64,000 nt of DNA from an uncultured Alphaproteobacteria bacterium. GTDB lineage: Bacteria > Pseudomonadota > Alphaproteobacteria > CAAHEQ01 > UBA3637. Positions within the stretch are counted from its first letter, which is position 1. Every line of letters begins with the position of its first letter. Under the pieces are notes generated by a model that did not search any database, had not been told where the DNA came from, and saw only the letters and a list, made by a program, of their open reading frames with translations. The DNA lies in assembly GCA_944392785.1 (NCBI GenBank), contig CALXXW010000004.1:247-64246 (forward strand), read 5' to 3'. Positions 48,222-59,526 of this stretch are shown here, piece after piece. A program made the translations under genes and the position numbers.

Positions 48222-48258
48222 CCACTTTAAAAGAGAGACGGGAACAAGGTGTTCCCGT
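48222..48258 (-). terminator. Hairpin immediately after rpsB (possible rpsB-tsf attenuator)
   Basis: GACGGGAAC-AAGGTG-TTCCCGTC stem-loop 17 nt past the rpsB stop, followed on the minus strand by TCTCTCTTTT. Confidence 0.35.
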
Positions 48259-48274
48259 CCGACTTTTTCGATAA

Positions 48275-49054
48275 TTATTCGGCTTTAACTTCCTCGGCGG
48301 GAGCTGTTGTTTCCTTTTCCGGTACAACTTCAGCCGTTCCGACATCCACGCCGGCAGCTTTCAGCTCTGCTTGGATTCCATCTAAGACGGCGTCCGAGAT
48401 TAAATCGCAATAAAGGTTGATTGCCCGCAACGCATCATCATTGCCCGGAATCGGATAAGTAATTCCATCCGGATTGGCGTTGGAATCGCAAATGGCAATC
48501 ACGGGAATCCCCAATTTTTTTGCTTCGGCGATGGCTAATTCTTCTTTGGGAACATCAATAACAAACAGGATGTCCGGACGACCGGCCATGTCTTGAATAC
48601 CGCCCAAAGAGGCAAATAATTTTTCACGTTCACGGGCTATATTCAAACGCTCTTTTTTGGTGAAACCATCCAATTCGCCTTTGGCCGTTTTTGCATCGAT
48701 TTCTTTCAGGCGTTTAATGCTGGAAGAAATTGTTTTCCAGTTTGTCAGCATACCACCTAACCAGCGATGATTCACATAGTATTGTCCACAACGTGTGGCG
48801 GCCTGAGCGATGGGTTCTTGAGCTTGTGCTTTTGTCCCAACGAACAGAACTTTTCCACCTTTAGCAGCGACATCACGAACAGCTTCCAGAGCTTTATATA
48901 ACATAGGAACCGTTTGTGTTAAATCTAAAATATGGACACCATCACGAGTGCCATAGATATATTGTCCCATTTTGGGGTTCCAACGACGTGCGTTATGACC
49001 AAAATGGACGCCAGCTTCTATCAGTTGACGCATTGTAATTGTCGGAGTAGTCAT
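48275..49054 (-). CDS. rpsB: 30S ribosomal protein S2
   Basis: [29 protein letters not shown]... has the typical S2 N-terminus. Confidence 0.9.
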   Translation of the reverse strand: MTTPTITMRQLIEAGVHFGHNARRWNPKMGQYIYGTRDGVHILDLTQTVPMLYKALEAVRDVAAKGGKVLFVGTKAQAQEPIAQAATRCGQYYVNHRWLGGMLTNWKTISSSIKRLKEIDAKTAKGELDGFTKKERLNIAREREKLFASLGGIQDMAGRPDILFVIDVPKEELAIAEAKKLGIPVIAICDSNANPDGITYPIPGNDDALRAINLYCDLISDAVLDGIQAELKAAGVDVGTAEVVPEKETTAPAEEVKAE

Positions 49055-49269
49055 TTTTGTATCCTTTCTTTTTTCCGGTTAATCCTCTGTAGGGCAAGAT
49101 ATCAAATATATGTATATTCAACACCGGAAGCGCATTGTTTTTTTTGATCAAATGCTTCGAAAAACACGGCGCTTTCCCCACATGTGTAATATGCCTCGTT
49201 AGCCGAGACGCTTTCTTATACACTTTTTTATAAAAAAAATCAAGCTTTTTTTTCGTATACTCTCAACAT

Positions 49270-50166
49270 TTAAAAAACAGAGTGTTGAAGCGGATTAAAT
49301 CGTAGTGTCATTTCTCGCCATGCAGCATAATTGGAAGGATATTTGTTTGCCAAAATTTGGAAAGGAGCATCCGGATCTTCGGTGTCGCAAATATAGACGG
49401 CGCGTTCAGCGCTTTCGGCAATGTTTCGGAAGGCCGGTGTGTTTTTGTTGTTGAGCACTTTAACCGAACGCACATGTCCATCTTTTCCTAAACTAACACT
49501 CAGTTCAATGGTCATATCATCAATACCTTCAACACCGGCATTTACATTCCAGCATTGGCGTAATTTGGAAGCGATTAAATCACGCTCGGAAATGCTTAGA
49601 GGGAGTGCTGTATCTCCACCAAGCCCTCCTTTAATTCCCGTTTTGGCAGGCTCTGTTGACGAGGAAGAGGGCGATGTGACCGGTGTTGCCGGTCGCCGTG
49701 TTTTTTCAACAGAAGCTAACAGATTATTGATATCATACGTTTTTTTTGTTTTTTGTGCTTTTTCGGAAGCCAAGCGCTTAGAGTGAGACGCTTTTTCTTG
49801 AGATGTTTTTTTAGGCTTATTTGTCGTCTTGCTTGAAGGCGGCTGTGTCGATACAACGGGTGCTGCTTGTTTTTTAGACGGAGCCGGTGTCGGTTTGGAA
49901 TCGACTTTTTGTTGTGCCGGTTTGGATGGAGGAGGGGGTACCGGTTTGATTTTTGTATTCGCTTTGGAAGGTTGTTTTTTTGAAGCAGAAGCTTTAACCT
50001 CGGGCGGTAAATTGGTTTTTTCGCTGATCTCCAACTTGGTTAAATCAACCATGACAATCGCCGGCGGTGCTTTTTCTGAGGCACGGGGCAGGGAAATATC
50101 CGCGACCATCAGCCCTAAAATCACGGCATGCATCAGGCTCGAGAGCGTTAAAGCTTTTTTATCCAC
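49270..50166 (-). CDS. TolA/TonB-like protein (N-terminal anchor, Pro/Lys-rich linker, C-terminal TonB/TolA domain)
   Basis: Single N-terminal TM, then a PPPPSKPAQQK... linker and a C-terminal globular domain. It is encoded after tolQ-tolR. Confidence 0.6.
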   Translation of the reverse strand: MDKKALTLSSLMHAVILGLMVADISLPRASEKAPPAIVMVDLTKLEISEKTNLPPEVKASASKKQPSKANTKIKPVPPPPSKPAQQKVDSKPTPAPSKKQAAPVVSTQPPSSKTTNKPKKTSQEKASHSKRLASEKAQKTKKTYDINNLLASVEKTRRPATPVTSPSSSSTEPAKTGIKGGLGGDTALPLSISERDLIASKLRQCWNVNAGVEGIDDMTIELSVSLGKDGHVRSVKVLNNKNTPAFRNIAESAERAVYICDTEDPDAPFQILANKYPSNYAAWREMTLRFNPLQHSVF

Positions 50167-50173
50167 GATTCTT

Positions 50174-50608
50174 CTACCCCTTTTTCTTTCCTGCTGTCGG
50201 CGTCATAACCTTGGCATCCGTTTTTAATCCGACTTGGGTATAGCCGGCACTGCGCAGTAAAGCCATCACTTCAATCACTGTTCCGTAGGAAGCATTTTTG
50301 TCCCCACTGATCATAACCTGAATTTTGGGGTTTTCTGCTATAATGGCTTGGACTTTCGGGAGCAATTCATCGGCTTTGATTTCTTGTGTTCCCAAATAAA
50401 TACTTCCGTTTTCTGTGACGCCGATATCCAACGTTTTATCCGGCCCTTCTATGCTTTTTCCGTCACCCTTAGGCAACGTCAGAGGAATACCGTTGGTCAG
50501 TAAAGGTGCCGTAATCATGAAAATGGCTAACAACGATGTCATGACGTCTATCAACGGCGTCAAGTTAACGTCAGCACGTAGGTTTTTTTTGCGTCTTTGC
50601 CGTGCCAT
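50174..50608 (-). CDS. tolR: TolR/ExbD-family biopolymer transport protein
   Basis: 144 aa. MARQRRKKNLRADVNLTPLIDVMTSLLAIFMITAPLL signature. Confidence 0.8.
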   Translation of the reverse strand: MARQRRKKNLRADVNLTPLIDVMTSLLAIFMITAPLLTNGIPLTLPKGDGKSIEGPDKTLDIGVTENGSIYLGTQEIKADELLPKVQAIIAENPKIQVMISGDKNASYGTVIEVMALLRSAGYTQVGLKTDAKVMTPTAGKKKG

Positions 50609-51309
50609 TAGGTATCCTCCGCCAAGTCATTTTGTCGAGCCAAAATAGTGCTCAATTCATCTGCAAAAGTTTCCATGCGTTGTGTTATTCGATCAATGTC
50701 CGTCGATAGTTTGTTGTAAGCAATGACGGCAGGAATGGCAGCAATTAATCCGACAGCGGTCGTGAACAAAGCCGACGCAACACCGGGAGCTACCGCAGCT
50801 ATATTCGTGCTTTGAGTCGCACCGATGGCATTAAAACTATCCATGATTCCCCACACGGTTCCGAAAAGACCCAGCAAAGGTGCTACAGACCCGGTTGACG
50901 CTAAAAAAGTCATGCGTGTTTCTAATTTTTCGACCTGTTTGTCAATAATGATTTGCATCACTTTATCTAATCGTTCTTCCATCTTAATGGTTTTTCCGGC
51001 TTTTTTATGCGAGCTTAACAAGCGTTTCCATTCTTGGATAGCACCGACAAAAATGAGGGACAAGGGATCTTTGGGGGCTTTGGCATAGGCCGTATAAAGT
51101 GTTTCCAGAGAATGCCCGCTCCAAAATTGTTCTTGGAAATGCTTCATATTGGCTCGCATGCGTTTAAACGCCATGCCTTTATCAAAGATAATTGCCCAGC
51201 ACCAGACCGAGGCAAGAATAAGCCCTATAATCAAGGCCTTCATAAAAAGGTCCGAGCTTAAAAACATGCTGTACATGGAAAGAGTGGTATGGGTCGCATC
51301 AGGTGTCAT
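50608..51309 (-). CDS. tolQ: TolQ/ExbB-family proton channel
   Basis: Three TM helices with the conserved motif region ...ATQSTNIAAVAPGVASALFTTAVGLIAAIPAVIAYN. The start may be an internal Met. Confidence 0.8.
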   Translation of the reverse strand: MTPDATHTTLSMYSMFLSSDLFMKALIIGLILASVWCWAIIFDKGMAFKRMRANMKHFQEQFWSGHSLETLYTAYAKAPKDPLSLIFVGAIQEWKRLLSSHKKAGKTIKMEERLDKVMQIIIDKQVEKLETRMTFLASTGSVAPLLGLFGTVWGIMDSFNAIGATQSTNIAAVAPGVASALFTTAVGLIAAIPAVIAYNKLSTDIDRITQRMETFADELSTILARQNDLAEDT

Positions 51310-51719
51310 TTGAGGGTCTCCTTTTGATATTGAGAAAATAGCTCTTTAATGTGGGGTGGAATACGAATGGGTCTCAGTGTTTTTGGGTTAATAAAGGCCA
51401 GTTGAAGCGTCATGCTAACCAACACTTTTTCATCACGTACGACTTCTTGGAACATGGTGATACTTGCCGGTTTTATGTCACCGATTTGGGTGTGAATAGT
51501 CAAAAGCTCATCCAATCGTGCCGGCGCTTTAAAGTCCATATCAATATGCCGTAAAACAAAGGCAATATCTTGCTCCAGAAGATGGACGACGGGGCAGTGA
51601 ATATCTCGCAAAAATTCAGCACGAGCACGCTCGGCAAAATCCAGATATTTTGAATGATAAACGATACCGCCGGCATCGGTGTCTTGATAATAAATCCGAA
51701 TCGGATAATGATGAATCAT
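51306..51719 (-). CDS. ybgC: YbgC-type acyl-CoA thioesterase (hot-dog fold)
   Basis: 137 aa. The N-terminus [29 protein letters not shown] is the 4HBT/YbgC signature. It sits between ruvB and tolQ. Confidence 0.75.
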   Translation of the reverse strand: MIHHYPIRIYYQDTDAGGIVYHSKYLDFAERARAEFLRDIHCPVVHLLEQDIAFVLRHIDMDFKAPARLDELLTIHTQIGDIKPASITMFQEVVRDEKVLVSMTLQLAFINPKTLRPIRIPPHIKELFSQYQKETLK

Positions 51720-52744
51720 GATAAATCCTCCAGAAAAGTCGGTTGATTGTTTTGTGCGGGAACTTTTAACCCCAAGTGACGGTACCCATGAGCGGAAAGC
51801 ATCCGGCCGCGCGGTGTGCGCATGACAAGCCCCAGTTGCATTAAGTAAGGTTCAATAACCTCCTCAATCGTATCTCGTTCTTCGGATAATGCTGCGCACA
51901 GTGTTTCTGCACCGACGGGTCCTCCGGCGTATTTTTCGGCAATACACCGTAAATATCGTCTGTCCATCAGATCCAGACCGGCTTTGTCAACCTCCAATCG
52001 CGTCAGCGCCATATCGGCGATTTCCTGTGATACGGATTGGCTACCAGCAAAATCACGAACGCGTCTGAGCAAACGACCGGCAATACGAGGGGTTCCGCGG
52101 GAACGTTTGGCAATTTCTTCGGCACCGTCCTCCGTCATTTCCAGGTGAAGTAAATGAGCTCCTCGTTTGACGATACGTTTCAGGTCATCCGTTGTATAAA
52201 ATTCTAACCGTAGCGGAATGCCGAAACGATCTCTCAACGGCGTGGATAATAAGCCGGAACGGGTTGTGGCTCCCACCAGTGTAAAGGGGGGTAAATCAAT
52301 ACGGACGGAACGAGCCGCCGGTCCTTCACCGATAATAATGTCCAATTGAAAATCTTCCATGGCGGAATACAAAACTTCTTCCACCGTTGGGTTGAGACGA
52401 TGAATCTCATCGATGAAAAGGACATCATGAGGCTCGAGGTTTGTCAAAATGGCGGCCAGATCACCGGCTTTTGAAATCATGGGCCCGGCCGTTGGGCGAA
52501 AACCAACGCCCAGTTCTTTTGATATAATTTGAGCCAAGGTTGTTTTTCCCAACCCCGGAGGGCCGAACAATAATAAATGGTCCAGCGCATCTCCGCGATT
52601 TTTGGCCGCTTCAATAAAAACGCGCAGATTTTCGCACAGCGTTTTCTGGCCGACGAAATCATCAAGAGATTGTGGGCGCAACCCGGTATATAATTCCTCA
52701 TCTCCCGAAATTTTTTGAGGTGTAATCAATCTGTTCTCTGCCAT
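51716..52744 (-). CDS. ruvB: Holliday junction branch-migration ATPase RuvB
   Basis: Walker [12 protein letters not shown] and Walker [10 protein letters not shown] in a RuvB-like AAA+ domain of the right length. Confidence 0.9.
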   Translation of the reverse strand: MAENRLITPQKISGDEELYTGLRPQSLDDFVGQKTLCENLRVFIEAAKNRGDALDHLLLFGPPGLGKTTLAQIISKELGVGFRPTAGPMISKAGDLAAILTNLEPHDVLFIDEIHRLNPTVEEVLYSAMEDFQLDIIIGEGPAARSVRIDLPPFTLVGATTRSGLLSTPLRDRFGIPLRLEFYTTDDLKRIVKRGAHLLHLEMTEDGAEEIAKRSRGTPRIAGRLLRRVRDFAGSQSVSQEIADMALTRLEVDKAGLDLMDRRYLRCIAEKYAGGPVGAETLCAALSEERDTIEEVIEPYLMQLGLVMRTPRGRMLSAHGYRHLGLKVPAQNNQPTFLEDLS

Positions 52745-53370
52745 CAGAAAGCTCCTTTCCCAAGTTCTTTTAAGGTCAGACGAATTAACTCACTTGTATT
52801 GGCTTCGGGGTTCTGACGCAATGTATCGGCCGCCAGCATGCCGGCTTCTGTTCGAGAGTAGCCAAGGTTAACCAGTGCCGAAATGGTTTCGGACAGCACA
52901 TGACTATCGGAGAGCAGATGACCATCGACAGAGCCACCGGATACAACAAAGTCTTCATGACTTCCCAGAGTGCCCATTTTCCCCTTGAGTTCGGTGACGA
53001 TTCGTGTGGCCAGCTTGGGTCCGACACCATTCGCGCGGGTAAAGGCTTTGGTATCACCGGTCATCACAGCCAGCTGTAATTCGGTTGCGCTTAAGACGGA
53101 TAGAATGCCCAAAGCGACTTTTGCGCCAACACCCTGTACCACGGTGAGTAGAGTAAAAGCTTGTTGCTCTGTGGCGTCAAAAAAACCGAACAGGTGGATA
53201 TGATCTTCGCGGACTTGTGTTTCAATAAACAGAGAAACGGCTTGACCTTTGGACGGGAGTTTGGAAATCGTTTTTGCCGAGCAAAAAACGCGATACCCCA
53301 CCCCGTTAACATCTAAAATAATAAAGCCTTCATAAATAGAATCAACCAATCCGATCAGCTTTGCAATCAT
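52744..53370 (-). CDS. ruvA: Holliday junction DNA helicase RuvA
   Basis: [28 protein letters not shown] matches the RuvA N-terminus. Two HhH motifs ([23 protein letters not shown]). Confidence 0.9.
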   Translation of the reverse strand: MIAKLIGLVDSIYEGFIILDVNGVGYRVFCSAKTISKLPSKGQAVSLFIETQVREDHIHLFGFFDATEQQAFTLLTVVQGVGAKVALGILSVLSATELQLAVMTGDTKAFTRANGVGPKLATRIVTELKGKMGTLGSHEDFVVSGGSVDGHLLSDSHVLSETISALVNLGYSRTEAGMLAADTLRQNPEANTSELIRLTLKELGKGAF

Positions 53371-53522
53371 CTTTTTTCATCCTTTTCATCCAACGATTTC
53401 GTCATTGTAGCGGAAAGTTTTACAAAAAGCAAATTTTTTCATAGAAGGAGAAACAGAAAAAAGATTGCTTTTTGTCGGACGTTTGTATATAATGAGACGC
53501 AGTATGATTTGTGGGGATAAAA

Positions 53523-54980
53523 ATGGACGCTTTGACAGAAATAAATCGTATACCGCCGCAAAATATAGAAGCGGAACAGGCTCTTTTAGGGGCTATTTTA
53601 TCAAACAATCGCGCTTTGGAAAAGGTTTCTGATTTTTTGCAGCCATTCCATTTTGCCAACCCGGTTCATGGTAAAATTTATGAAGCGTGTCGCACCTATA
53701 TTGAACAGGGGCGCATTGCGGAACCTTTGATGCTGAAAGCTTTATTCGCACACGATGAATCATTAAAAGATGTCGGCGGCGCTGACTATTTAGCAAAGTT
53801 AGCGGCTGCCTCTACAACCATTATCAATGCCGGTGATTATGGGCGCCAGATTTTGGATTGTTATTTGCGACGTCAGTTGATTGACTTAGGAACGGATATC
53901 GTCAATGAGGCCTTTGAAATAACACTGGATAATGAGGCTTTGACTCAGGTAGAAGAAGCTGAAAAGAAGCTGTATCATTTGGCCAATCAAGGAGAATTAA
54001 CCGGCGGACCAAAAGCGTTAAATGAGGCCTTGGCCGAATCGTTAACGGCTACCGAAAAAGCGATGAAAAATACGACAGGTGTTGCCGGTGTCACGACCGG
54101 ATTGGTGGATATGGATAAATTGCTTGGCGGCCTCTATAATTCGGATTTATTGATTTTGGCAGGACGTCCGGCCATGGGTAAATCAGCTTTGGCCACAACA
54201 ATCGCTTTCAATGCGGCTTGCCACTTTGCGGAGGAAAATAAAAAACCGGGAGCTACCAAAAAATCCGTGGCTTTCTTTTCCTTAGAAATGTCGGCGGAGC
54301 AGCTGGCAACGCGCATCTTGTCCGCTAAGGCACAAGTTCCAAGCCATTTGATGCGAACGGGAAAATTGACAAATGATCAATTTGATGAGTTGGCGGCTGC
54401 TGTGACGCTGCTTTCCAAAATACCTCTTTATATTGACGAAACACCGGGGATAACTGTTTCTGCTATCCGGAATCGTGCCCGTCGAATGAAAAGAAATAAA
54501 GAGCAGGGTTTGGGCCTGATTGTCATTGACTATTTACAGCTTATTACAGCTTCGGGGCGTAGCGAAAATCGTGTGCAGGAGTTGTCGGAAATGACACGTG
54601 CCCTTAAAATTATGGCAAAAGAATTGGATGTGCCGGTTTTAGTCCTTTCTCAGTTGTCTCGGTTGGTTGAGCAACGAGATAACAAGCGTCCTCAGTTATC
54701 GGATTTACGTGAGTCCGGTTCAATTGAACAAGATGCTGATATTGTCATGTTCGTTTACCGGGAGATTTATTATCTTCAAAATGATGAGCCTAAGCGTCAT
54801 ATGAATGAAACACCCGAAAAATTTGCTTTGCGTCATGCCGAGTGGGAACAGAAAAAAATTGATTTGGCGAATCAGGCCGAAGCTATCATTGCCAAACAAC
54901 GCCATGGTCCCGTCGGCAATATTGCTCTTTATTTCAACGGAGAGTTTGGTAAGTTCGGTGATTTGGAACGTGACACCTGA
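53523..54980 (+). CDS. dnaB: Replicative DNA helicase DnaB
   Basis: Start ATG 53523; the track start is a GTG. PPQNIEAEQALLGAIL N-terminus. Walker A GRPAMGKSALA. SQLSR and ...IIAKQRHGPVG motifs. Confidence 0.9.
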   Translation: MDALTEINRIPPQNIEAEQALLGAILSNNRALEKVSDFLQPFHFANPVHGKIYEACRTYIEQGRIAEPLMLKALFAHDESLKDVGGADYLAKLAAASTTIINAGDYGRQILDCYLRRQLIDLGTDIVNEAFEITLDNEALTQVEEAEKKLYHLANQGELTGGPKALNEALAESLTATEKAMKNTTGVAGVTTGLVDMDKLLGGLYNSDLLILAGRPAMGKSALATTIAFNAACHFAEENKKPGATKKSVAFFSLEMSAEQLATRILSAKAQVPSHLMRTGKLTNDQFDELAAAVTLLSKIPLYIDETPGITVSAIRNRARRMKRNKEQGLGLIVIDYLQLITASGRSENRVQELSEMTRALKIMAKELDVPVLVLSQLSRLVEQRDNKRPQLSDLRESGSIEQDADIVMFVYREIYYLQNDEPKRHMNETPEKFALRHAEWEQKKIDLANQAEAIIAKQRHGPVGNIALYFNGEFGKFGDLERDT

Positions 54981-55018
54981 AAAAACGGTCTTGCTTTTTG
55001 ATAAGGGGACTTGTATAA

Positions 55019-56268
55019 TGTGTCTTATGACAAAGAAAAGGCTGTTCTTTTTGTTAGGGATGTTTGTGCCGGCGGTTGTTTCTTGCGCGGCTTTATCGGC
55101 AGATTTATCCTTGCATGAAAGTCAGTTGTCAACTAAAGACGGATTATGCTCTATCTCTTATCTAACCGATAGGGATACCACGGGTTGGTATATCGAAACA
55201 GACACACAAAAGTGTGTGGATGGGTTGGCCGATGGATATACGTCCGTTGTTGTCAAAAATGCGTTGGCACAGACGGTTGAGGTTTTGGCTGGCTCTTTTA
55301 TTTCAGGTTATCGGACTGATAAAATTTGGGCTAAAGGACGAATGCTCAGTCGTTTTTCAACAAAGTCTGATACACAAAGTTTTTTATTTCAACCGGATGA
55401 AATGTTGACGGACAGTGATGTGGTCTATGCTTTGCAATTTGATGCGATTCGTCAAAAAAATGGTTTTTATGGTGCTTTTCAAGCATGTCAACCCGTTCGC
55501 GTTTTTGCCATAACGGATGCACCGGAGTTGTTTGATGATGATACGGCTCGGAATCAAATTATGACAGAGGTGCGGCAACATGTCATAGCCATTTGCCCCG
55601 ATGCACAAGAGGTTTCTTTATCGGCTCTCTCTGAAATGACGCCCCAAGAAGATAACATCTTTTTTAAAGCAACCTTGAACTTTAAAACTCAAGAGGTTGT
55701 CTTGCATAAAACACCTTTTTCCGAATCCTATATTCCCTATCCGACACAGATTCGTCAAGAAAACGGTATCACGTTGATGATTGTCCATCCGATTTTACCA
55801 GAGGCTCCGTTGCCTGAGACAGCTCCGGTGCTTGAGGAAGAGGAGGATACCGCAGCACAATTTTCCGAAGCCATGGCGGAAATCACAAACGTGATGCAAG
55901 AGGACGCGTCGGAAAAAACAACTCAACCGTCTGTAGAGTCGGTTAATCCTCTTGTCTTGCCGGTTCTTCCGACGGATAAGCGAGATGATGTGCTTAAATT
56001 GATGGTGCTCAGTCGTGTTCAACATGCTCCGGTTCACGGACGTGCGGTTGTGCGTGTGGCGGCGGTTCGTCCTAATGGGGAAGGATTGACGGATGCGCCG
56101 ATGACGCTGTATCTAAAAGGAGCGCCTGTTTCCGCCGGCTGGGGGATCGTGACGGGGCGGTTTTCAGATATAAGACAAGAGGGGTATAAACGTGTGCGAC
56201 GTGTTGATGTTGAGACGTTCACGCCCTGTTTAACACCTATGTGTGTCCGAGAAGGAGGCGATGAATGA
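55019..56268 (+). CDS. Secreted hypothetical protein (~416 aa)
   Basis: Start reassigned to MCLMTKKRLFFLLGMFVPAVVSCAALSA (signal peptide). No family recognised. Confidence 0.35.
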
Positions 56269-57026
56269 GTCACCGAACGTTTCTGTGGAGCGGATTAATC
56301 GTATGTATCAGCTTGCTTTTACTGTGGCTTGGAGCTTCTCAGCTGACGGAGCGTCGCGTTTGGCGTACCTATCAAAGAGCGCTGCATTTAACGCCGGCAG
56401 ATATGACATATCGCTCGGTTGATGTGCCCATAGGGGGAGATGGCGTTTTGCTGTATGATGTGACGTTTCCAAGGCTGGGATTGGCTTTAAAAGCAGACAA
56501 GGTCCTGTTAAAACGAGCCGATCATCAGATGATGATGACTCTGTATGGGGCGCGTTTAGATGTCTTGTCTTCTTTGCGGCAGCGATATGCGGATGAGCTT
56601 GAATCTGTTTTGACGGCATATGCGTTGCCCCATGATGTTTTTCGTCATCCGCTGATAACGTTGGCGTTGATGGATGTTGATGAGGTGTCCGGTGAGGTGC
56701 GCTTGGGCTTTATTCAAAAGGGTGAACAGGCTCAATTACAGATGGAGTTTCGAGATCAGGAAGGAACACCTGTTTTGCGAGGGATAATGGATATGGTCTT
56801 GCCTTCTTACCAAGAGCCTTCTTTGTTCGGGTTTTTACGTGGACACGTTTCGGGGATAACTTTCATTGTCCCGGATGGGCGTGTTTTAGAACGTTATCGT
56901 CGGTTGGCGCAGCAAATGAATATCCCTTTGTCAGAGGAAGTTAGACAAGCCATTCGGACGCATGTGCCATTTCAAATGACGTATTTTCTGAATAAGACAC
57001 CTTTGATGGATTTTGTTTTCCCTTAA
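56265..57026 (+). CDS. Membrane-anchored hypothetical protein
   Basis: 253 aa with an N-terminal TM (LWSGLIVCISLLLLWLGA). It overlaps the upstream gene by 4 nt. Confidence 0.35.
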   Translation: MSHRTFLWSGLIVCISLLLLWLGASQLTERRVWRTYQRALHLTPADMTYRSVDVPIGGDGVLLYDVTFPRLGLALKADKVLLKRADHQMMMTLYGARLDVLSSLRQRYADELESVLTAYALPHDVFRHPLITLALMDVDEVSGEVRLGFIQKGEQAQLQMEFRDQEGTPVLRGIMDMVLPSYQEPSLFGFLRGHVSGITFIVPDGRVLERYRRLAQQMNIPLSEEVRQAIRTHVPFQMTYFLNKTPLMDFVFP

Positions 57027-58492
57027 AAGAAACTGGCTTTTAACAGCTGTTGCGTGTAGGGATGCTTAGGTGACGTCAACAGAGTCTGAGCTTGGGCCTG
57101 TTCAACAATGCGTCCATCCTTCATAACCAGTATATAGTCCGCCATTTGTCGAATAATTTTCATATCATGAGAAATACAAAGATAGGAAAGCGTCATATCG
57201 TGTTGAAGGGCACTGAGCAGGGTTATTAATTGTTGCTGTGTGTAAATATCCAAGGCGGATGTTGCTTCGTCTAAAATCAAGACTTTGGGATGTAAAATTA
57301 AAGAGCGAGCAAGCGCGACCCGTGTACGCTGTCCTCCGGAAAGTTCATGAGGATAACGCGACATGATTTCCGGTTTTAACCCAACCTGTTTAAGGGTGTC
57401 GGCAACTATTTCCGTTGTTCCGGATCGATGATGTACCAACAATCCTTCTCGAACGATATCAGCGACGGTCATACGAGGATTTAAAGAAGAAACAGGGTCC
57501 TGAAAAACCATTTGTAAATTCGCTCGAGCCTGTTGAAGATTTTTTCCGGATAATTGAAAAAAATTTTGCCCTTCTAAAAATACCTCCCCTTGTGTTTTCA
57601 ACAAGCGGACCAATCCCTTGGCCAAGGATGATTTCCCGGAACCACTTTCACCGACAATACCTATGGTTTCTCCTTGGTACAGGCGAAAGGAGGCTTGATG
57701 AACAGCTTCAAAATTATCATAGAAAACAGAAAGTTTTTTGACATGCAGAACAGGTTTCTCTTTGTCTCTGGGTAATGATATTCGTGCAGAAGGTGGCTGT
57801 ATTGTCGGCAAACGTGTGGCAATGATCCGACCAAATTTCATGACGTAGACACGGTCGGCCATTTGTCGAACAATGTCCAGGTCATGCGTAATGAATAAAA
57901 TACTCAGGTTTAATTTTTGCTGTAAATTTTTGAGTAGGTTTAAAATTTGTGCTTGGATACTGACATCCAAAGCGGTGGTTGGTTCATCTGCGATCAATAA
58001 ATCCGGATGACCGGCTAAAGCCATGGCAATCATGACGCGTTGCCGTTGACCACCGGAAAGGGTGTGAGGATAAGCATGATAAAAACGTTCTACATCGGTT
58101 AGTTCTACCAGTCGTAATAGCTCAAAAACACGTTCTCGCGTTGCTTGTTGGGTATGAAGACGCAAAGCTTCCAAAATTTGAGCTCCGGCCGTATGCAAAG
58201 GATTTAAACTACTCATCGGCTCTTGGAAAATCATCGCTATTTTTCCACCGCGAATCTGTTGCATTTGATCCTCGGTCAGGGGAATCAAATCTTGTTTCTT
58301 AAATAAAATTTTTCCACTGTATTTGGCATCATCTTGTAGTTTCAACAGACTGAGGGCTACGGTTGATTTTCCGGAGCCACTGTTGCCGACCAAGGCCACA
58401 AACTCACCGTCTTTGATGGCCAGTGAAATGCCGCGGACAGGAGAAAATCCGGCAAAGGAAACACGTAAATCCCTGACTTCCAATAGGTTCAT
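57023..58492 (-). CDS. ABC transporter ATP-binding protein with duplicated ATPase domains (YejF/oligopeptide-type)
   Basis: Two Walker A motifs (GNSGSGKST, GESGSGKSS), two ABC signatures (LSGGQRQRV, LSGGQRTRV) and two Walker B motifs. Confidence 0.8.
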   Translation of the reverse strand: MNLLEVRDLRVSFAGFSPVRGISLAIKDGEFVALVGNSGSGKSTVALSLLKLQDDAKYSGKILFKKQDLIPLTEDQMQQIRGGKIAMIFQEPMSSLNPLHTAGAQILEALRLHTQQATRERVFELLRLVELTDVERFYHAYPHTLSGGQRQRVMIAMALAGHPDLLIADEPTTALDVSIQAQILNLLKNLQQKLNLSILFITHDLDIVRQMADRVYVMKFGRIIATRLPTIQPPSARISLPRDKEKPVLHVKKLSVFYDNFEAVHQASFRLYQGETIGIVGESGSGKSSLAKGLVRLLKTQGEVFLEGQNFFQLSGKNLQQARANLQMVFQDPVSSLNPRMTVADIVREGLLVHHRSGTTEIVADTLKQVGLKPEIMSRYPHELSGGQRTRVALARSLILHPKVLILDEATSALDIYTQQQLITLLSALQHDMTLSYLCISHDMKIIRQMADYILVMKDGRIVEQAQAQTLLTSPKHPYTQQLLKASFF

Positions 58493-59523
58493 TGTCTCCT
58501 CCGTATTGAGGGGCGTGTGTGGGGATCAAAGGCATCGCGTACCCCTTCGCCAATAAACAAAAGTAAGGCTAATAAAAATGTCAAAAAAACAAAAATACTC
58601 AGTCCAATCCAAGGAGCTTGTAGATTTTCCTTTCCCTGACGAATCAGGTCTCCCAGACTGGCCGTTCCCGAAGGAAGACCCAAGCCTAAAAAATCAAGCG
58701 CCGATAAAGATACAATAGCTCCCGACAGAATAAAAGGAATATAGGTAATTGTTGAGACCAATGCATTGGGCAGAATGTGTCGGCACATAATACGTATATC
58801 CGAAACGCCTAAAATTTTGGCGGCTTTGACATAATCAAGACTGCGTGTCCTTAAGAATTCTGCTCGCACAACAGATGTGAGCGATGTCCAGCTAAAAAGC
58901 ATCAAAACAATCAAAAGCGAAAGAAAACTGGGGCTGATTAAACTGGAAATAATAATCAAAATAAATAGTTGGGGCAACGCATTCCAAATTTCTAAAAAAC
59001 GCCCGATAATCAAGTCAATACGCCCGCCAAAATACCCCTGTAAGGCTCCGACCGCGATACCGATGAATGCCGAACAAATCGTGAGAGCCAGGCCAAATAA
59101 GATACTTAAACGCGTTCCGTAAAGTAAACGTGCCAATATATCTCGCCCTTGATCGTCTGTTCCCAGCCAATGTTGTGAGGAAGGAGGAGCCGGAAAAGGT
59201 GTCGTGCTGAAATAGTCAACCGTATCGGCCGCATATTCAATAGGAGGCATAATCAACGTGCCGTGACGATAGATTTGCCAGCGTGTGTAGGCATCTTTAT
59301 ATTCGGCCTCTGTCGGTAAGTTGCCATCCAGCTGATCATCCATTAAAGTTTCGAAAATCGGAAAGTAAAAATGGCCTTTGTATAAAAGGATAAGAGGCTT
59401 GTCGTTTGCCAGAAAAGGAGCTGCCAGAGATAAACAAAATATCCCTATAAATAAACGTAAAGCCCATTTGGCACGAGTATTTTTTTGAAAAATTCTCCAT
59501 CTGCGACGTGTCAGAGAGCCCAT
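58489..59523 (-). CDS. ABC transporter permease (YejE/OppC-like)
   Basis: 344 aa, 6 TM, BPD-type permease. Confidence 0.7.
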   Translation of the reverse strand: MGSLTRRRWRIFQKNTRAKWALRLFIGIFCLSLAAPFLANDKPLILLYKGHFYFPIFETLMDDQLDGNLPTEAEYKDAYTRWQIYRHGTLIMPPIEYAADTVDYFSTTPFPAPPSSQHWLGTDDQGRDILARLLYGTRLSILFGLALTICSAFIGIAVGALQGYFGGRIDLIIGRFLEIWNALPQLFILIIISSLISPSFLSLLIVLMLFSWTSLTSVVRAEFLRTRSLDYVKAAKILGVSDIRIMCRHILPNALVSTITYIPFILSGAIVSLSALDFLGLGLPSGTASLGDLIRQGKENLQAPWIGLSIFVFLTFLLALLLFIGEGVRDAFDPHTRPSIRRRQ

Positions 59524-59526
59524 GTT

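Noticed and set aside
48055-48345. ORFs 48055..48288 (+) and 48163..48345 (-) in the rpsB-tsf spacer
   Set aside because: One runs antisense into rpsB; the other is pyrimidine-run-derived (poly-F/L/S). Neither has an RBS.
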